NCBI GenBank assembly: GCA_964579265.1
Contig: CAZOFO010000001.1
Location: 46,115-110,114 of the forward strand
Source: Candidatus Micrarchaeota archaeon
GTDB taxonomy: Archaea > B1Sed10-29
DNA: 64,000 nucleotides
Reading direction: 5' to 3'
A model generated the notes under the pieces. That model searched no databases and was not told where the DNA came from. It saw only the letters and a program-made list of their open reading frames with translations. This document shows positions 46,128 to 55,433 of this stretch, piece by piece. Position 1 is the stretch's first letter; every line of letters begins with the position of its first letter. The translations under genes were made by a program, and so were the position numbers.

Positions 46128-46925
46128 TTACTTTTCATTTTCTAATCTTGATAACGATCTCAATATTACCCATGAAGCCAGGTAACTGGTTCTGTTATTG
46201 ATCTCCTTTGAAGAAACTTCGCATATATCCATTCCAATTACTTTGTTTTGAAATACTTCATCGAGAATTTCATCTACTTGGCGAGGGTTCTTTCCAAGAG
46301 GTTCCGGGTAGGCAACGTCTGGGGCGTAGGAGGGATCGAAGATATCTATGTCCACTGTGAGGTAAACTGGTTCTTCAATTTTTTCAGTTTCTTCAGGTTT
46401 TTCTCTTTCTGTGCACTGTCGAGTTCCAATTTGAACCAGGTTTATATCTGGTTTACTTTCTTTTATTCTCTTTGCCCAGGTGTTGTGAGTGTATTTATTA
46501 CTGTTTAGTTCTTCATCTAAATCTTTATGAGCGTCTAGTTGTACTATCGTTTTTGGTTTTATTGATTCTGCTATAGGTAGGGTTATTGTATGTTCTCCTC
46601 CCAGTAGAACTAAAAATGCTTCTTTATTTACTTCTTTTATCTCTTTTATTGTTTCTTTTATCCTTTTTCCTGTTTCTTTGAATTTACCAGGAACTATATC
46701 TATTTCTCCAGCATCATGTATCTTCATTTCTTTTAAAGGATTTTTATCCAGGTCTGGTTGATAGCTTGATCTGTATTTAAGTGCTTTTTTTATTGTTGTT
46801 GGCCCGTATCTTTGGTTTCCTTCTGAATAAGCTGTTGAGTCGAACGGTATGCCTAGAAAAACCACGTCGGCTTTTTCTAAAGGATAATCACTGGTGAATG
46901 ATTTCGAGGTGTAGAGCATTTTCAT
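46128..46925 (-). CDS. speB: ureohydrolase (agmatinase/arginase family)
   Basis: Mn-binding motifs GGEHTIT, LDAHKD, DIDIFDPSYAPDV..PEPLG, GMDICEV. Confidence 0.7.
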   Translation of the reverse strand: MKMLYTSKSFTSDYPLEKADVVFLGIPFDSTAYSEGNQRYGPTTIKKALKYRSSYQPDLDKNPLKEMKIHDAGEIDIVPGKFKETGKRIKETIKEIKEVNKEAFLVLLGGEHTITLPIAESIKPKTIVQLDAHKDLDEELNSNKYTHNTWAKRIKESKPDINLVQIGTRQCTEREKPEETEKIEEPVYLTVDIDIFDPSYAPDVAYPEPLGKNPRQVDEILDEVFQNKVIGMDICEVSSKEINNRTSYLASWVILRSLSRLENEK

Positions 46926-46931
46926 CGTTTT

Positions 46932-48020
46932 TTATTCTGTTTCACTCTTTTTTATCTTTTTACTTTGCACGGTTTTTTGAGCTAGTTTTTTTGTTTCGTA
47001 ATCTACTGCAAATAGACTGCCTATAAATATTGGTATCCAGTACTGTATTATCCTGTATATACTTACAGCTAGTACTGTTAATCCTAACGGAGCAATTGTA
47101 GATACTAACACTACTGAGGATATTTCAAAAGCTCCGATCTCCCCTGGCATGAATGAAAATAAACCTATTAATCTTGCGATAATAAAGAACAGTAATATTG
47201 AGGGTATGGGTGCGTCTATACCTACTCCTAGTACCGAAAATAGGAATATACCTGCTGTTAGTAGATGATGTAAAAACATGTATAGGCTTGATACTGTTAA
47301 TCTTTTCTTCTCTTTTAGGTAGGGGGTTACTAGTTTATCGAATGAATCAAATTCTTTCATTGCTCTATCTATTAGTTCTTCTTTGGACCATTCCTTGAAA
47401 AAACGGAGCTTTTTACCTATTTTTACTCCTAGCAAGGCGAAGTACTTGAATATTCCTCTTGCTTTTTCTGTATGGAGTATGAAATAAAATAGTAGTCCTA
47501 CTAGTGACAGGAAAAATGTTAGGAGGATAATTAGGAGAATGAAGATATAAGTATCTATCTGGATAGCTAGTATAGACCATATAAATGCTATTACGGTTAG
47601 GAAAAGGAATCCTATGGACCAGGTGAACATTTGTGCAGTGACTGAAGCCATGGATGAATCTAGATCTGTAACTCCTTTCTTATTTGCCATGTACCCCATT
47701 GTCAGTTCTCCTGTCGGTAACAGATGAGGTAAGATTCTTTCAGCAAGAAAACCTATCATGATGGAGCTGAATAAAGGCTTTATCGATATATCTTCATTGA
47801 AAAATCTTAGCAGGATTACCCAGCTTAGCAGGTGAGCTATTATGGATCCAAGGAGACAGATTAAAGCTATCGAGATAAGTAAGATATTTGATTCAAACAG
47901 TTTCGATATGTTCAATCCAACAAAATTCAGCACTATTACCAGAATTGATATCCATATGATAAAGGTGAGTATTACTTGTTTCAAATGGCTTTCCTGCTTT
48001 GAGAACATACTGATCAACAT
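46932..48020 (-). CDS. polytopic membrane protein, UPF0104 / MprF-flippase-like family (tentative)
   Basis: ~8 TM helices; 362 aa; family assignment by overall pattern only. Confidence 0.35.
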   Translation of the reverse strand: MLISMFSKQESHLKQVILTFIIWISILVIVLNFVGLNISKLFESNILLISIALICLLGSIIAHLLSWVILLRFFNEDISIKPLFSSIMIGFLAERILPHLLPTGELTMGYMANKKGVTDLDSSMASVTAQMFTWSIGFLFLTVIAFIWSILAIQIDTYIFILLIILLTFFLSLVGLLFYFILHTEKARGIFKYFALLGVKIGKKLRFFKEWSKEELIDRAMKEFDSFDKLVTPYLKEKKRLTVSSLYMFLHHLLTAGIFLFSVLGVGIDAPIPSILLFFIIARLIGLFSFMPGEIGAFEISSVVLVSTIAPLGLTVLAVSIYRIIQYWIPIFIGSLFAVDYETKKLAQKTVQSKKIKKSETE

Positions 48021-48104
48021 CCTTGTTTTATGAAAGATTCCTCTTTATAAAAAGGAAACACATTTAATTTAGGAGGAATAATACTTAGATAAAGGTGTTT
48101 TGCT

Positions 48105-49007
48105 ATGAAACTTAAATTATTTTGGGCTATGATGATCACTTTCCTCATAATGGGAGGTTTTTTAGCAGCTGTATTTTGGATAGCTTTACAGATATTCGGT
48201 ATAACAGGATTACCAATGATTATTGGAATTGTAGGGTTTGTAGGAGTAATGATATTGCTACAGTGGGCAATATCCCCGGCTATGATAAAAAGAATGGCTA
48301 AATTAAAAGAATGTGAAGATCCTAAAATAAAGAAGATGGTTCACGATCTAGCAGAAGAAGCTGGAATACCAAAACCAAAAGTCTATATCGCGCCTAAGAA
48401 AACCCCAAATGCCTTTGCATTCGGAAGAACCAGAAAATCAAGTGCGGTGGCTCTTCATAAAGGTTTGATAGAAAAACTGGATAAAGAAGAATTGAAGGGA
48501 GTAATCGCGCATGAAGTTGGACACATAAAACATAGAGACACTTCAGTTATGACTCTGGCTAGCGCATTACCTATGATACTTTTCTACGTGGTTTTCTTTG
48601 GTTCTATGATGGCTGGAGGCAAAAGAGGTAGAGGCACCGGATTCTTAGGAGCCTGGATAGGAGGGATGATAGCTCAGTTTGTAGGTTCTCTTGTGGTTAT
48701 GTATCTATCTAGAGTAAGAGAATACTACGCGGACACTCGTTCGGCTTATCTTACAGGTAATCCAGAAGGTCTTGCCAGCGCTTTGGATAAGATAACTTCT
48801 TATGAGCCTGATAAAAAACCTGTTCCAGCTAAAGCAAGATCCGGAGGAAATAAACAAAATGAAAAGATGATGAAAAGTTTCTATATAGCGGAGAATGGTA
48901 GGAGAAAGGCTTCTGGTAAAAAAGCAAAAAGCTCTATTGCGGAGGTTTTCATGAGTCATCCTCTGCCCGAGAAGAGGATAAGAAGATTGAAGGAATTTAA
49001 AAATTAG
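48105..49007 (+). CDS. htpX: HtpX-like M48-family zinc metalloprotease
   Basis: Two N-terminal TM helices, HExxH (IAHEVGHIKHRD), additional TM pair. Confidence 0.75.
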   Translation: MKLKLFWAMMITFLIMGGFLAAVFWIALQIFGITGLPMIIGIVGFVGVMILLQWAISPAMIKRMAKLKECEDPKIKKMVHDLAEEAGIPKPKVYIAPKKTPNAFAFGRTRKSSAVALHKGLIEKLDKEELKGVIAHEVGHIKHRDTSVMTLASALPMILFYVVFFGSMMAGGKRGRGTGFLGAWIGGMIAQFVGSLVVMYLSRVREYYADTRSAYLTGNPEGLASALDKITSYEPDKKPVPAKARSGGNKQNEKMMKSFYIAENGRRKASGKKAKSSIAEVFMSHPLPEKRIRRLKEFKN

Positions 49008-49017
49008 TTTTGATCTG

Positions 49018-50325
49018 TTAAATATTTTTCTCTAATCCTTTTTTCAATGACTCTAGTGCTTCTTTTTGTGCTACTGGGTTCTTTTTTTCCTTGTTTTCTT
49101 TATAAATCTCTTCTTTGAATAAGTTCTTTATCTCGATCCCTAGTTCTTCTCCAGCTTTTTTCACTGCTTTCCAGGACTCCGAGTCCGGTTTGAAGTACGC
49201 TAGAATTTTTTCGTACTTCTGGTTTTTGATATATCTTCTTACTCTTTCTTTATTCACTTCGATATATTCTTTTTTTATTTCCTGTGTTTCTTCCCATTCC
49301 GGCCAGTCGTAGTCTGTGAAAGGGTAGTTATCGCATTTATCTACAGGTATTACTCCTGGACTTGACACTACCACTCTATGTATCTCTTCTTCATCTACCT
49401 TAGATTCTTTTATAGTTTTTTGTATGTTTTTATGTGTTTTTGATTCGTAGTAAGGTTTTCTATAGCTACATGGGAGCAATAAAAGAATTTTCTTTCCTTC
49501 TGGTCTTTGGTAGAGTCTTTGGAAGTAATCCTGCCATACCTGGTAGTGTGGGTGATTTATCAGTTCTCTGGAGCATCCTTTGAGTTCTTTCCTGTTTTTT
49601 TCTTCTTCTGGGAATTTTGGGATGAAGTAGTAGTTCTCGAACTCTGTCTCTACTTGAGGGTGGTCTTTCCATTCTTCAACTTCTTTTAGGAATTCTTCTT
49701 TGTTCAGTGGTTTCCATTCTCCTTTTATCCAGTCCTTGAATAGCTCTGACTGGTTGTGGGGGAAGGTGTTGATTAGAATTACTTTGTCTCCTTCTTTGGA
49801 TTTTTTCAGTACGTGTTCCACTGATTTTTCTAGCGTATCTTCCTTTTCAAACGGCATGTTGACCATTAGATATGTCTTTACTTTTCCTCCTTTTTCATGT
49901 GTTTTTTCCACTGCTTCATCGTAGTTCTCCACTTTGAATGGCTTCCCGTATTTTTCCAGGACTTCGTTGTCCGCTGTTTCCAGTCCTATCGCTATTGTGA
50001 AGTCTAGTTCCGATTTTTCGAATGGTTCAAGTTTTTCTTCAGTTATGAAATTAGCTACAGATTCAAAAACTATTTCTCTAACTTTTTTCTCTTCTAAGTA
50101 GTCTAGGATCCATTTTCTGAATTTTTTAGGAAATTGTTCGTTATCTAGGAATGATCCTGATTCGTATACTTTTAATTTATCTATATTTTCAAGGTTCAAT
50201 TGCTTTACCTGTTTTTTTAGTCTCTCTGTATCTACTGGGTATTTTTTCTGGCCCCATCCGCATGCGTAGCATGAGTTGAAGCGGCATTGTCCGGAGTTGA
50301 GGATAACTGTTTCTGTCTTATTCAT
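49018..50325 (-). CDS. radical-SAM-like protein with CX4CX2C cluster motif fused to a C-terminal Cys-containing domain (possibly archaeosine-pathway RaSEA/TIGR01210-like; tentative)
   Basis: N-terminus NSGQCRFNSCYACGW (C-x4-C-x2-C); central TIM-barrel-like region. The C-terminal ~180 aa (LLLLPCSYRKPYY..VVVSSPGVIPVDKCDNY) is a separate conserved module. The family assignment is from memory and unverified. Confidence 0.4.
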   Translation of the reverse strand: MNKTETVILNSGQCRFNSCYACGWGQKKYPVDTERLKKQVKQLNLENIDKLKVYESGSFLDNEQFPKKFRKWILDYLEEKKVREIVFESVANFITEEKLEPFEKSELDFTIAIGLETADNEVLEKYGKPFKVENYDEAVEKTHEKGGKVKTYLMVNMPFEKEDTLEKSVEHVLKKSKEGDKVILINTFPHNQSELFKDWIKGEWKPLNKEEFLKEVEEWKDHPQVETEFENYYFIPKFPEEEKNRKELKGCSRELINHPHYQVWQDYFQRLYQRPEGKKILLLLPCSYRKPYYESKTHKNIQKTIKESKVDEEEIHRVVVSSPGVIPVDKCDNYPFTDYDWPEWEETQEIKKEYIEVNKERVRRYIKNQKYEKILAYFKPDSESWKAVKKAGEELGIEIKNLFKEEIYKENKEKKNPVAQKEALESLKKGLEKNI

Positions 50326-50474
50326 TTTTTATCACTGGCATTGCCTTTTGGTTCTTCCTTAATTAAATCTTTTTGAGAATTTTAGGCACTACATAATGAT
50401 ATATTTAAATCCTGGTTTCATATAAGCTTGATCTAGAATATCTAAAAATTTGCAAGCCTCAGATACTTTAAATC

Positions 50475-51242
50475 CTACATCTTGCTTTTGATTTCTCCGT
50501 AAACCTCTTCCAGTTCTTCCAGGGAGAGATCCTTTACTTTTCTATCGTCCTGCATATCTATGTCGAATCCGTGTTCTACTGCGTTGTGGAGATTTTTGTT
50601 TCTGTATCTGAAGATTTCTCGTATGAATTCGTCGTACTTTTCGTCTCTTTCTTTTTCTTTTGGTTCCAGTATCATTACTGCGGCGTCGACTTCTGGTTTT
50701 GGATAGAACCTGGTTTTAGGTATGACTTCCCTTAGTTTGACGTCAAAATAGGTTTGTGCCATTACACTTAGTCTTCCGTAGTTGCTGTCTCCTGGTTCCG
50801 CAGTCATCTTTTCTCCCACTTCCTTCTGGTATACCAGTACTGCTTTTTCAAAATCGTAGTCCAGTAGTTTGAATGTGAAAGGGGTGGATATGCTAAAGGG
50901 TAGGCTGGATACTGTTTTGTCGAATTCAGGGTAATCTACTTCTAGACAGTCTTCCCATATGTATTCAATGTTTTCATGGTTCTCCAATGTTTCTTTTAGA
51001 ATTGGTTTTAGTTCTTCGTCTTTTTCTATTGCTATAACCTTTTCTGCTTTTTTAGCTATTTCTCTGGTTAGGAATCCTGGTCCTGGTCCTATCTCTAGAA
51101 CTGTTTCATCTGGTTTTATCCTGCCGTGTCTTACTATTCTCTGTATTGTACTTTGGTCTTTCAAGAAGTATTGGTCCATTACTGGATTTGCTCTGAATCC
51201 GTGTTTCCTTTCTAGTTTCTTTATTTCTTTTTTCGTGTTCAT
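50475..51242 (-). CDS. ksgA: 16S rRNA (adenine1518/1519-N6)-dimethyltransferase KsgA/Dim1
   Basis: SAM-binding VLEIGPGPGFLTREI and the conserved Dim1 C-terminal domain. Sits in the conserved L21e-RpoF-DUF655-KsgA archaeal cluster. Confidence 0.8.
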   Translation of the reverse strand: MNTKKEIKKLERKHGFRANPVMDQYFLKDQSTIQRIVRHGRIKPDETVLEIGPGPGFLTREIAKKAEKVIAIEKDEELKPILKETLENHENIEYIWEDCLEVDYPEFDKTVSSLPFSISTPFTFKLLDYDFEKAVLVYQKEVGEKMTAEPGDSNYGRLSVMAQTYFDVKLREVIPKTRFYPKPEVDAAVMILEPKEKERDEKYDEFIREIFRYRNKNLHNAVEHGFDIDMQDDRKVKDLSLEELEEVYGEIKSKM

Positions 51243-51254
51243 GGGCTATTCCTT

Positions 51255-51827
51255 TTACCTTCTTTTCTTTTTTCTGCTGCTTTTGCTTTTTTTCTTTGTA
51301 AATAGGTTGTATTTTGTATTTCCTTTTATCTCTTCGAGTAGTCTTTCTGCTAGAGGTTCTTTTGGATCTGGCATTAGGTCTATTCTTTCCTCTATGTCTT
51401 TGTAGGATTTGAATTCTTCTTTTTCTCTTTCATCCAGGATTTTCTTCATATGTTTTTTTCCTATTCCTGGGATGAGTTCTAGGCTGTGTTCTTTTATTGT
51501 TATGGCGCCTGTTTTGTTGAAGAATTTGACAAATTTATCTTCTTTTTCTTTTACTAGTGTCTTTGCTACTTCTTCTAATTCATTTTTAGCAGCGTTAGAT
51601 AGGTCTTTGTACTCTAAGGTTGATTTTATGTAGTCTATTTTTTCTCTTTCGTCTTTCCCTACGTATATTTTTTCTCCTAGTGATATTTTTACGTCTTTTT
51701 TTGGAACTAGTTCTAGGAGTGTGAAGTGATCCGTGCCTATAGCTTGGACTATCGGCTTGTTTTTGTAGTCCTTTTTGTAACCTTTTTTCAGGTATTCTAA
51801 CACTATTGCATGTTCTTCTTTCTTCAT
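51255..51827 (-). CDS. DUF655-family protein (predicted RNA-binding, S1-like + HhH)
   Basis: EHAIVLEYLKKGY...PIVQAIG and LIPGIGKKHMKKILDER (HhH). Its position between rpoF and ksgA is the canonical archaeal context. Confidence 0.65.
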   Translation of the reverse strand: MKKEEHAIVLEYLKKGYKKDYKNKPIVQAIGTDHFTLLELVPKKDVKISLGEKIYVGKDEREKIDYIKSTLEYKDLSNAAKNELEEVAKTLVKEKEDKFVKFFNKTGAITIKEHSLELIPGIGKKHMKKILDEREKEEFKSYKDIEERIDLMPDPKEPLAERLLEEIKGNTKYNLFTKKKSKSSRKKKRR

Positions 51828-51856
51828 TTTGGATCTTCCTCTCGGGATTTATTTTT

Positions 51857-52216
51857 TTATTCTGATTTTTCTTCACGTAGATCATCTATTATTTTTAGTA
51901 CTTTTTCTGTTTCTTCTTCATCTATATCGAATCTTTCTTTTTCGAACACTAGGTTGACTTGGTCTTTGTTGAAGGGCATTAGGTTAACTAGTCTTACTGC
52001 TAGCTTTTCATCTACCCCTAGGTCTTTTATTTCTTCTACTGCTTTTTCTTCTCTTTCTGAATCTGCTTTCCCAAACTTTTGAGCGTATTGTAGGGTTGTT
52101 TTTTGCTCGTAGGATAGTTCTTCTTCGTCTTCTAGTTGTTCTTTTCTTTCTTCTAATTTTTCTCGTACTTTTGCGATTGTTATTGGTTTTTTCTCTTTGA
52201 CTTCTTTTCCTATCAT
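51857..52216 (-). CDS. rpoF: DNA-directed RNA polymerase subunit Rpo4 (RpoF)
   Basis: MIGKE...ITIAKVREKLEER...LSYEQKTTLQYAQKFGK...LAVRLVNLMPFNKDQVNLVFEKERF matches the Rpo4/F pattern; conserved gene context. Confidence 0.7.
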   Translation of the reverse strand: MIGKEVKEKKPITIAKVREKLEERKEQLEDEEELSYEQKTTLQYAQKFGKADSEREEKAVEEIKDLGVDEKLAVRLVNLMPFNKDQVNLVFEKERFDIDEEETEKVLKIIDDLREEKSE

Positions 52217-52359
52217 GTTTATACACCTGGCTAGATGTTTTTTATTTTCCTTTTTCTAACTGTTGTTTGTTTTTGTTTTTCTTGGTTTATATTTATAAGT
52301 CGCTTTTTCGCTTATTTGCCAATTTCTTTTAGATTTTCTCAAAATCTTTTACAATTATT

Positions 52360-52662
52360 CTATTCTTTTTCTTGCTTTTTTAGATGGGCTGGGTGTATTA
52401 TTTGTTCTTTGTAGCTATCTTGATCTTTTAGTTTTACTTTGTAGCATTTTCCTTGCTTTCCGGTTATTTCTCCGGTTTTTCCAAAGAATCTTCTGTAGGG
52501 TAGTCCTGAGGTTATTGACGGATCAGGCTTCACGTGTACTTTTTCTCCTTCTTCGAATTCTTTTAGTAGGTCATTGACATTGGGCATTCCTTTCTCTCTT
52601 GTTGATTTTGTTAATTGGTCTCTAGTTTTGGCTCTTGTTCCTTTTTTCTTGAATTTAACCAT
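52360..52662 (-). CDS. rpl21e: 50S ribosomal protein L21e
   Basis: MVKFKKKGTRAKTRDQLTK...GEKVHVKPDPS...GLPYRRFFGKTGEITGKQGKCYKVKL...HPAHL matches L21e consensus. Confidence 0.85.
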   Translation of the reverse strand: MVKFKKKGTRAKTRDQLTKSTREKGMPNVNDLLKEFEEGEKVHVKPDPSITSGLPYRRFFGKTGEITGKQGKCYKVKLKDQDSYKEQIIHPAHLKKQEKE

Positions 52663-52835
52663 TTTTGCTCACCTTTTTTGTTCTACTGTTTTTTCGATTG
52701 CCTTAAGTTGCTTTTTTGGCGTGTATTTATTTTTACAGCGGACTTATTTATAAATTGTTTTTTTTAACCTGTTTTTATGCAAAATTTATAAACCTCGGAA
52801 TGCATAAATATTTCAAAGATTAATGAAATGGTTAA

Positions 52836-53183
52836 TTGGAGGTGTTTGAGATGGGTGATGATGATGACGGATACACATTAGAAGAATGGGGAACTGGCTT
52901 CGTAGTGATGTTCTTTGTCATATTCATAGTTTTTGAACACTCCTTTCCTAATTCAGAAGTTTATATAATTTCTTTTTCCTTAGTTTCTCTTTTAGCTGTT
53001 TTTCTAATAATTAAGGGTGTCTGGGATATAGTTATGAAGAAAGATGGAACAACTTTCTTATTTGGAGTGGCTGTTTCAATGGTTCTGATACTTTTCTTCG
53101 ATGGTATGGGGTCTATAGTAGCTGCATTTAATTTAGTATTCTTAGTGGTAGAGGAACTGTTAGGGATAGTTGCAGGGCTGTAG
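52836..53183 (+). CDS. small membrane protein (115 aa)
   Basis: Three predicted TM helices; no motif. Confidence 0.35.
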   Translation: MEVFEMGDDDDGYTLEEWGTGFVVMFFVIFIVFEHSFPNSEVYIISFSLVSLLAVFLIIKGVWDIVMKKDGTTFLFGVAVSMVLILFFDGMGSIVAAFNLVFLVVEELLGIVAGL

Positions 53184-53185
53184 CT

Positions 53186-53857
53186 TTACTTTATTTCATC
53201 AACATCTATTCCTTCTTTCTTTATTTCTCCTAGTTCTTCCTCTTCTTCAGGTTCTTCTTCCTGTTTTTCTTCTTTTTCTTCTTCTTTTATTGCTTTTAAA
53301 ACTTCATTTACATTTTCTAGGATAAAAGAAACTTCTAAGATCGTTGAAAGTTTAGTGGGGTTGTTCGTTTTTTCCGTTGATGATTTTAATTCTTTCTTGA
53401 ATTTTTTTGTCACTCCTTTTCCCTCGTAGGTTGATAGTTTTTCTTCTATCATCTCTTTGATTTGTTCCGGGTCTCTGAGGTTTGGAAGATCCGGCAGATT
53501 CTGTACGCAGAACTGTGCTAATTGGTTTATCTCTGCTTTTTCTGTCTCTGTGGTCCATCCTTTTGGAACTTTAAATCCTTGTGAGTAAAGATCCTTGTCG
53601 GGGGATTGTCCGAATATCCTTCTTGAGATTCCTTTTATCTGCATTGCTTTTCTGTTGAAATAGTTTTTTTCAAGGGATTTTCCTTCTTTCATCATCTCTT
53701 CGGCGTGATCCATATACATCTCTGCTAGGTAACCCAAGGAGAAGTATAGAAGGAGCTTTTTGTCTGGACTTTTATCTAGAAGTAGTTTTTTAAGGTCTTT
53801 TGGCTTTGTTTTTAGTTCTTTCATTATTTCTCTAGGATCGGTTTCTATTTCAACCAT
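53186..53857 (-). CDS. hypothetical protein (223 aa) with acidic C-terminal tail
   Basis: ORF only. Confidence 0.35.
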   Translation of the reverse strand: MVEIETDPREIMKELKTKPKDLKKLLLDKSPDKKLLLYFSLGYLAEMYMDHAEEMMKEGKSLEKNYFNRKAMQIKGISRRIFGQSPDKDLYSQGFKVPKGWTTETEKAEINQLAQFCVQNLPDLPNLRDPEQIKEMIEEKLSTYEGKGVTKKFKKELKSSTEKTNNPTKLSTILEVSFILENVNEVLKAIKEEEKEEKQEEEPEEEEELGEIKKEGIDVDEIK

Positions 53858-53889
53858 TTTTACACTCTTTATATTTTTTATTTTTCTTC

Positions 53890-54093
53890 TTATCTTTGGT
53901 CTTCTATGAATTTTTCAAATGATCTGTCGTATGTTTTTTCTGCTTCCTTTGAAAATGCGCATGCAGGTAATTCGTTCTTCTCCACGTGATGTTCTACACA
54001 CTCACAGCATTTGCCTTTTCTCGGGCACCCTGGGTAGGTGCATGGGCATTTTTCCAGGTTTTTTTCTATATTAGGACATTCTGATCTTTCCAT
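53890..54093 (-). CDS. small Cys-rich (putative metal-binding) protein, 67 aa
   Basis: Nine Cys plus HH in 45 residues: ECPNIEKNLEKCPCTYPGCPRKGKCCECVEHH...CAF. Confidence 0.4.
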   Translation of the reverse strand: MERSECPNIEKNLEKCPCTYPGCPRKGKCCECVEHHVEKNELPACAFSKEAEKTYDRSFEKFIEDQR

Positions 54094-54323
54094 TTTATTT
54101 TCTCCTATTATTTTTTCATTGTTTTTCTCTTGTATATAGAAGGTTTTTTTCTTTTATAAGAGTTATACTATTATTTTCTCTTGAATTTTTTTATTGGAAG
54201 AAAATCAAAAAAGATTAAAAAACAGGGTAACTAATATTAGCCGCAGAATTGATTTCAAGATTGATTTCCTATTGCTATAAGAATATCTGAAAAAGGAAAA
54301 GAGACGGATAGAAGGTTCTTTAA

Positions 54324-54947
54324 ATGGGAAAGAGTATAATTCAGGCTTGGGAAAAGAGATTTAGAGAAGAGCCGGAGCATCAAGAATTTCCAGAGATGCT
54401 TGAAGAGAGATTGGATAAATTCTTGAAAGAGCTTCCTGAAGGAGCTAAAGTACTCGATCTAGGTTGTGGTAATGGAGATAAATCTAAATATATCCATGAT
54501 AAGGGGTTTAGAGTACTTGGTGTTGATTCTTCAGAATCTGCTATACAGTATGCAAGGCAGAACTATAGTGAGGATGGGTTGGAGTTTCGGAATGAGGATG
54601 TTTTGAATTTAGATATAAAACAAGATTTTAATGGTATAGTTTCGATAGCTTTTCATCACTGTCTACCTAAGAAATCAAGGAAAAGGGTTAATGAAAAGAT
54701 TGAAAGTTTATTGAGGGAAGGAGGATGTTTTTTTATTCTGGATCTCTCTTCAAAAGATAAAACTTTAAAGAAAAATAATGATTCAGGTAAAAGGAGCTTT
54801 GAAAAATCAGGTATGTACTTTCATCTCTTTACAAGAGAGGAACTGATCCGGGAATTTGATTTTCTTGATCCTTTAATTCTTCAAGAGCATGTAAGAGATC
54901 TTAAAGAGAAAAAGAACTCGGTTTTTACAGGGATTTTCCGAAAATAG
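54324..54947 (+). CDS. class I SAM-dependent methyltransferase
   Basis: Motif I VLDLGCGNGDKS, motif II/III region (FRVLGVDSSE..., FDF..). Confidence 0.65.
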   Translation: MGKSIIQAWEKRFREEPEHQEFPEMLEERLDKFLKELPEGAKVLDLGCGNGDKSKYIHDKGFRVLGVDSSESAIQYARQNYSEDGLEFRNEDVLNLDIKQDFNGIVSIAFHHCLPKKSRKRVNEKIESLLREGGCFFILDLSSKDKTLKKNNDSGKRSFEKSGMYFHLFTREELIREFDFLDPLILQEHVRDLKEKKNSVFTGIFRK

Positions 54948-54971
54948 ATATATGGGTCTAGAATTATATCT

Positions 54972-55433
54972 TTACATATCCATGTCTAATGGAGAATCTT
55001 CGGTTCTTCCGTACCAGAATAGTATCTCTTTGTCCTCTTCGATTTTTATGTCTTCAGCTCCTTTTTCAGAACTTCTCCATTCTTCTTCTCCTTCTTCTCT
55101 TATTCCTATTAACCAGAATTCGTTCGTTTCTTCGTTGTTCTCCACTCCGTTTATAGATATGATCATTTCACCCATTCCTGGAAATGTTTCAGTTCTTACT
55201 GTGGCTTCTCTTCTCAATGCTTCTAGAGCTGTTGCTCCTTGAGTAAGTTTAACTGTAGAATTAACCTGTTCTGTCCCGTTATTGATTACTATTTCCGTTT
55301 CAACTACTCTTCCTTCTATCTCTTCGAATCTTCCCTGCATTTGAAGTATTTCTGCTCCTAGATAGAGTGTTCCCACTCCTAATAGGATTATCAATAAAAG
55401 ATTTAGTTTGTTATACTTGTCCATTGTTTTCAT
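54972..55433 (-). CDS. DUF4430-domain secreted protein (often cobalamin/ECF-transporter associated)
   Basis: Signal/TM N-terminus, then VVETEIVINNGTEQVNSTVKLTQGATALEALRREATVRTETFPGMGEMIISINGVEN fits DUF4430. 4-nt overlap with the upstream membrane protein. Confidence 0.45.
   Translation of the reverse strand: MKTMDKYNKLNLLLIILLGVGTLYLGAEILQMQGRFEEIEGRVVETEIVINNGTEQVNSTVKLTQGATALEALRREATVRTETFPGMGEMIISINGVENNEETNEFWLIGIREEGEEEWRSSEKGAEDIKIEEDKEILFWYGRTEDSPLDMDM

Noticed and set aside
52700-52800. TTTATGCA-n19-TGCATAAA inverted repeat between the L21e gene and the 52836 gene
   Set aside because: A single 8-bp AT-rich palindrome in about 30% GC DNA is not clearly above chance; mentioned only.
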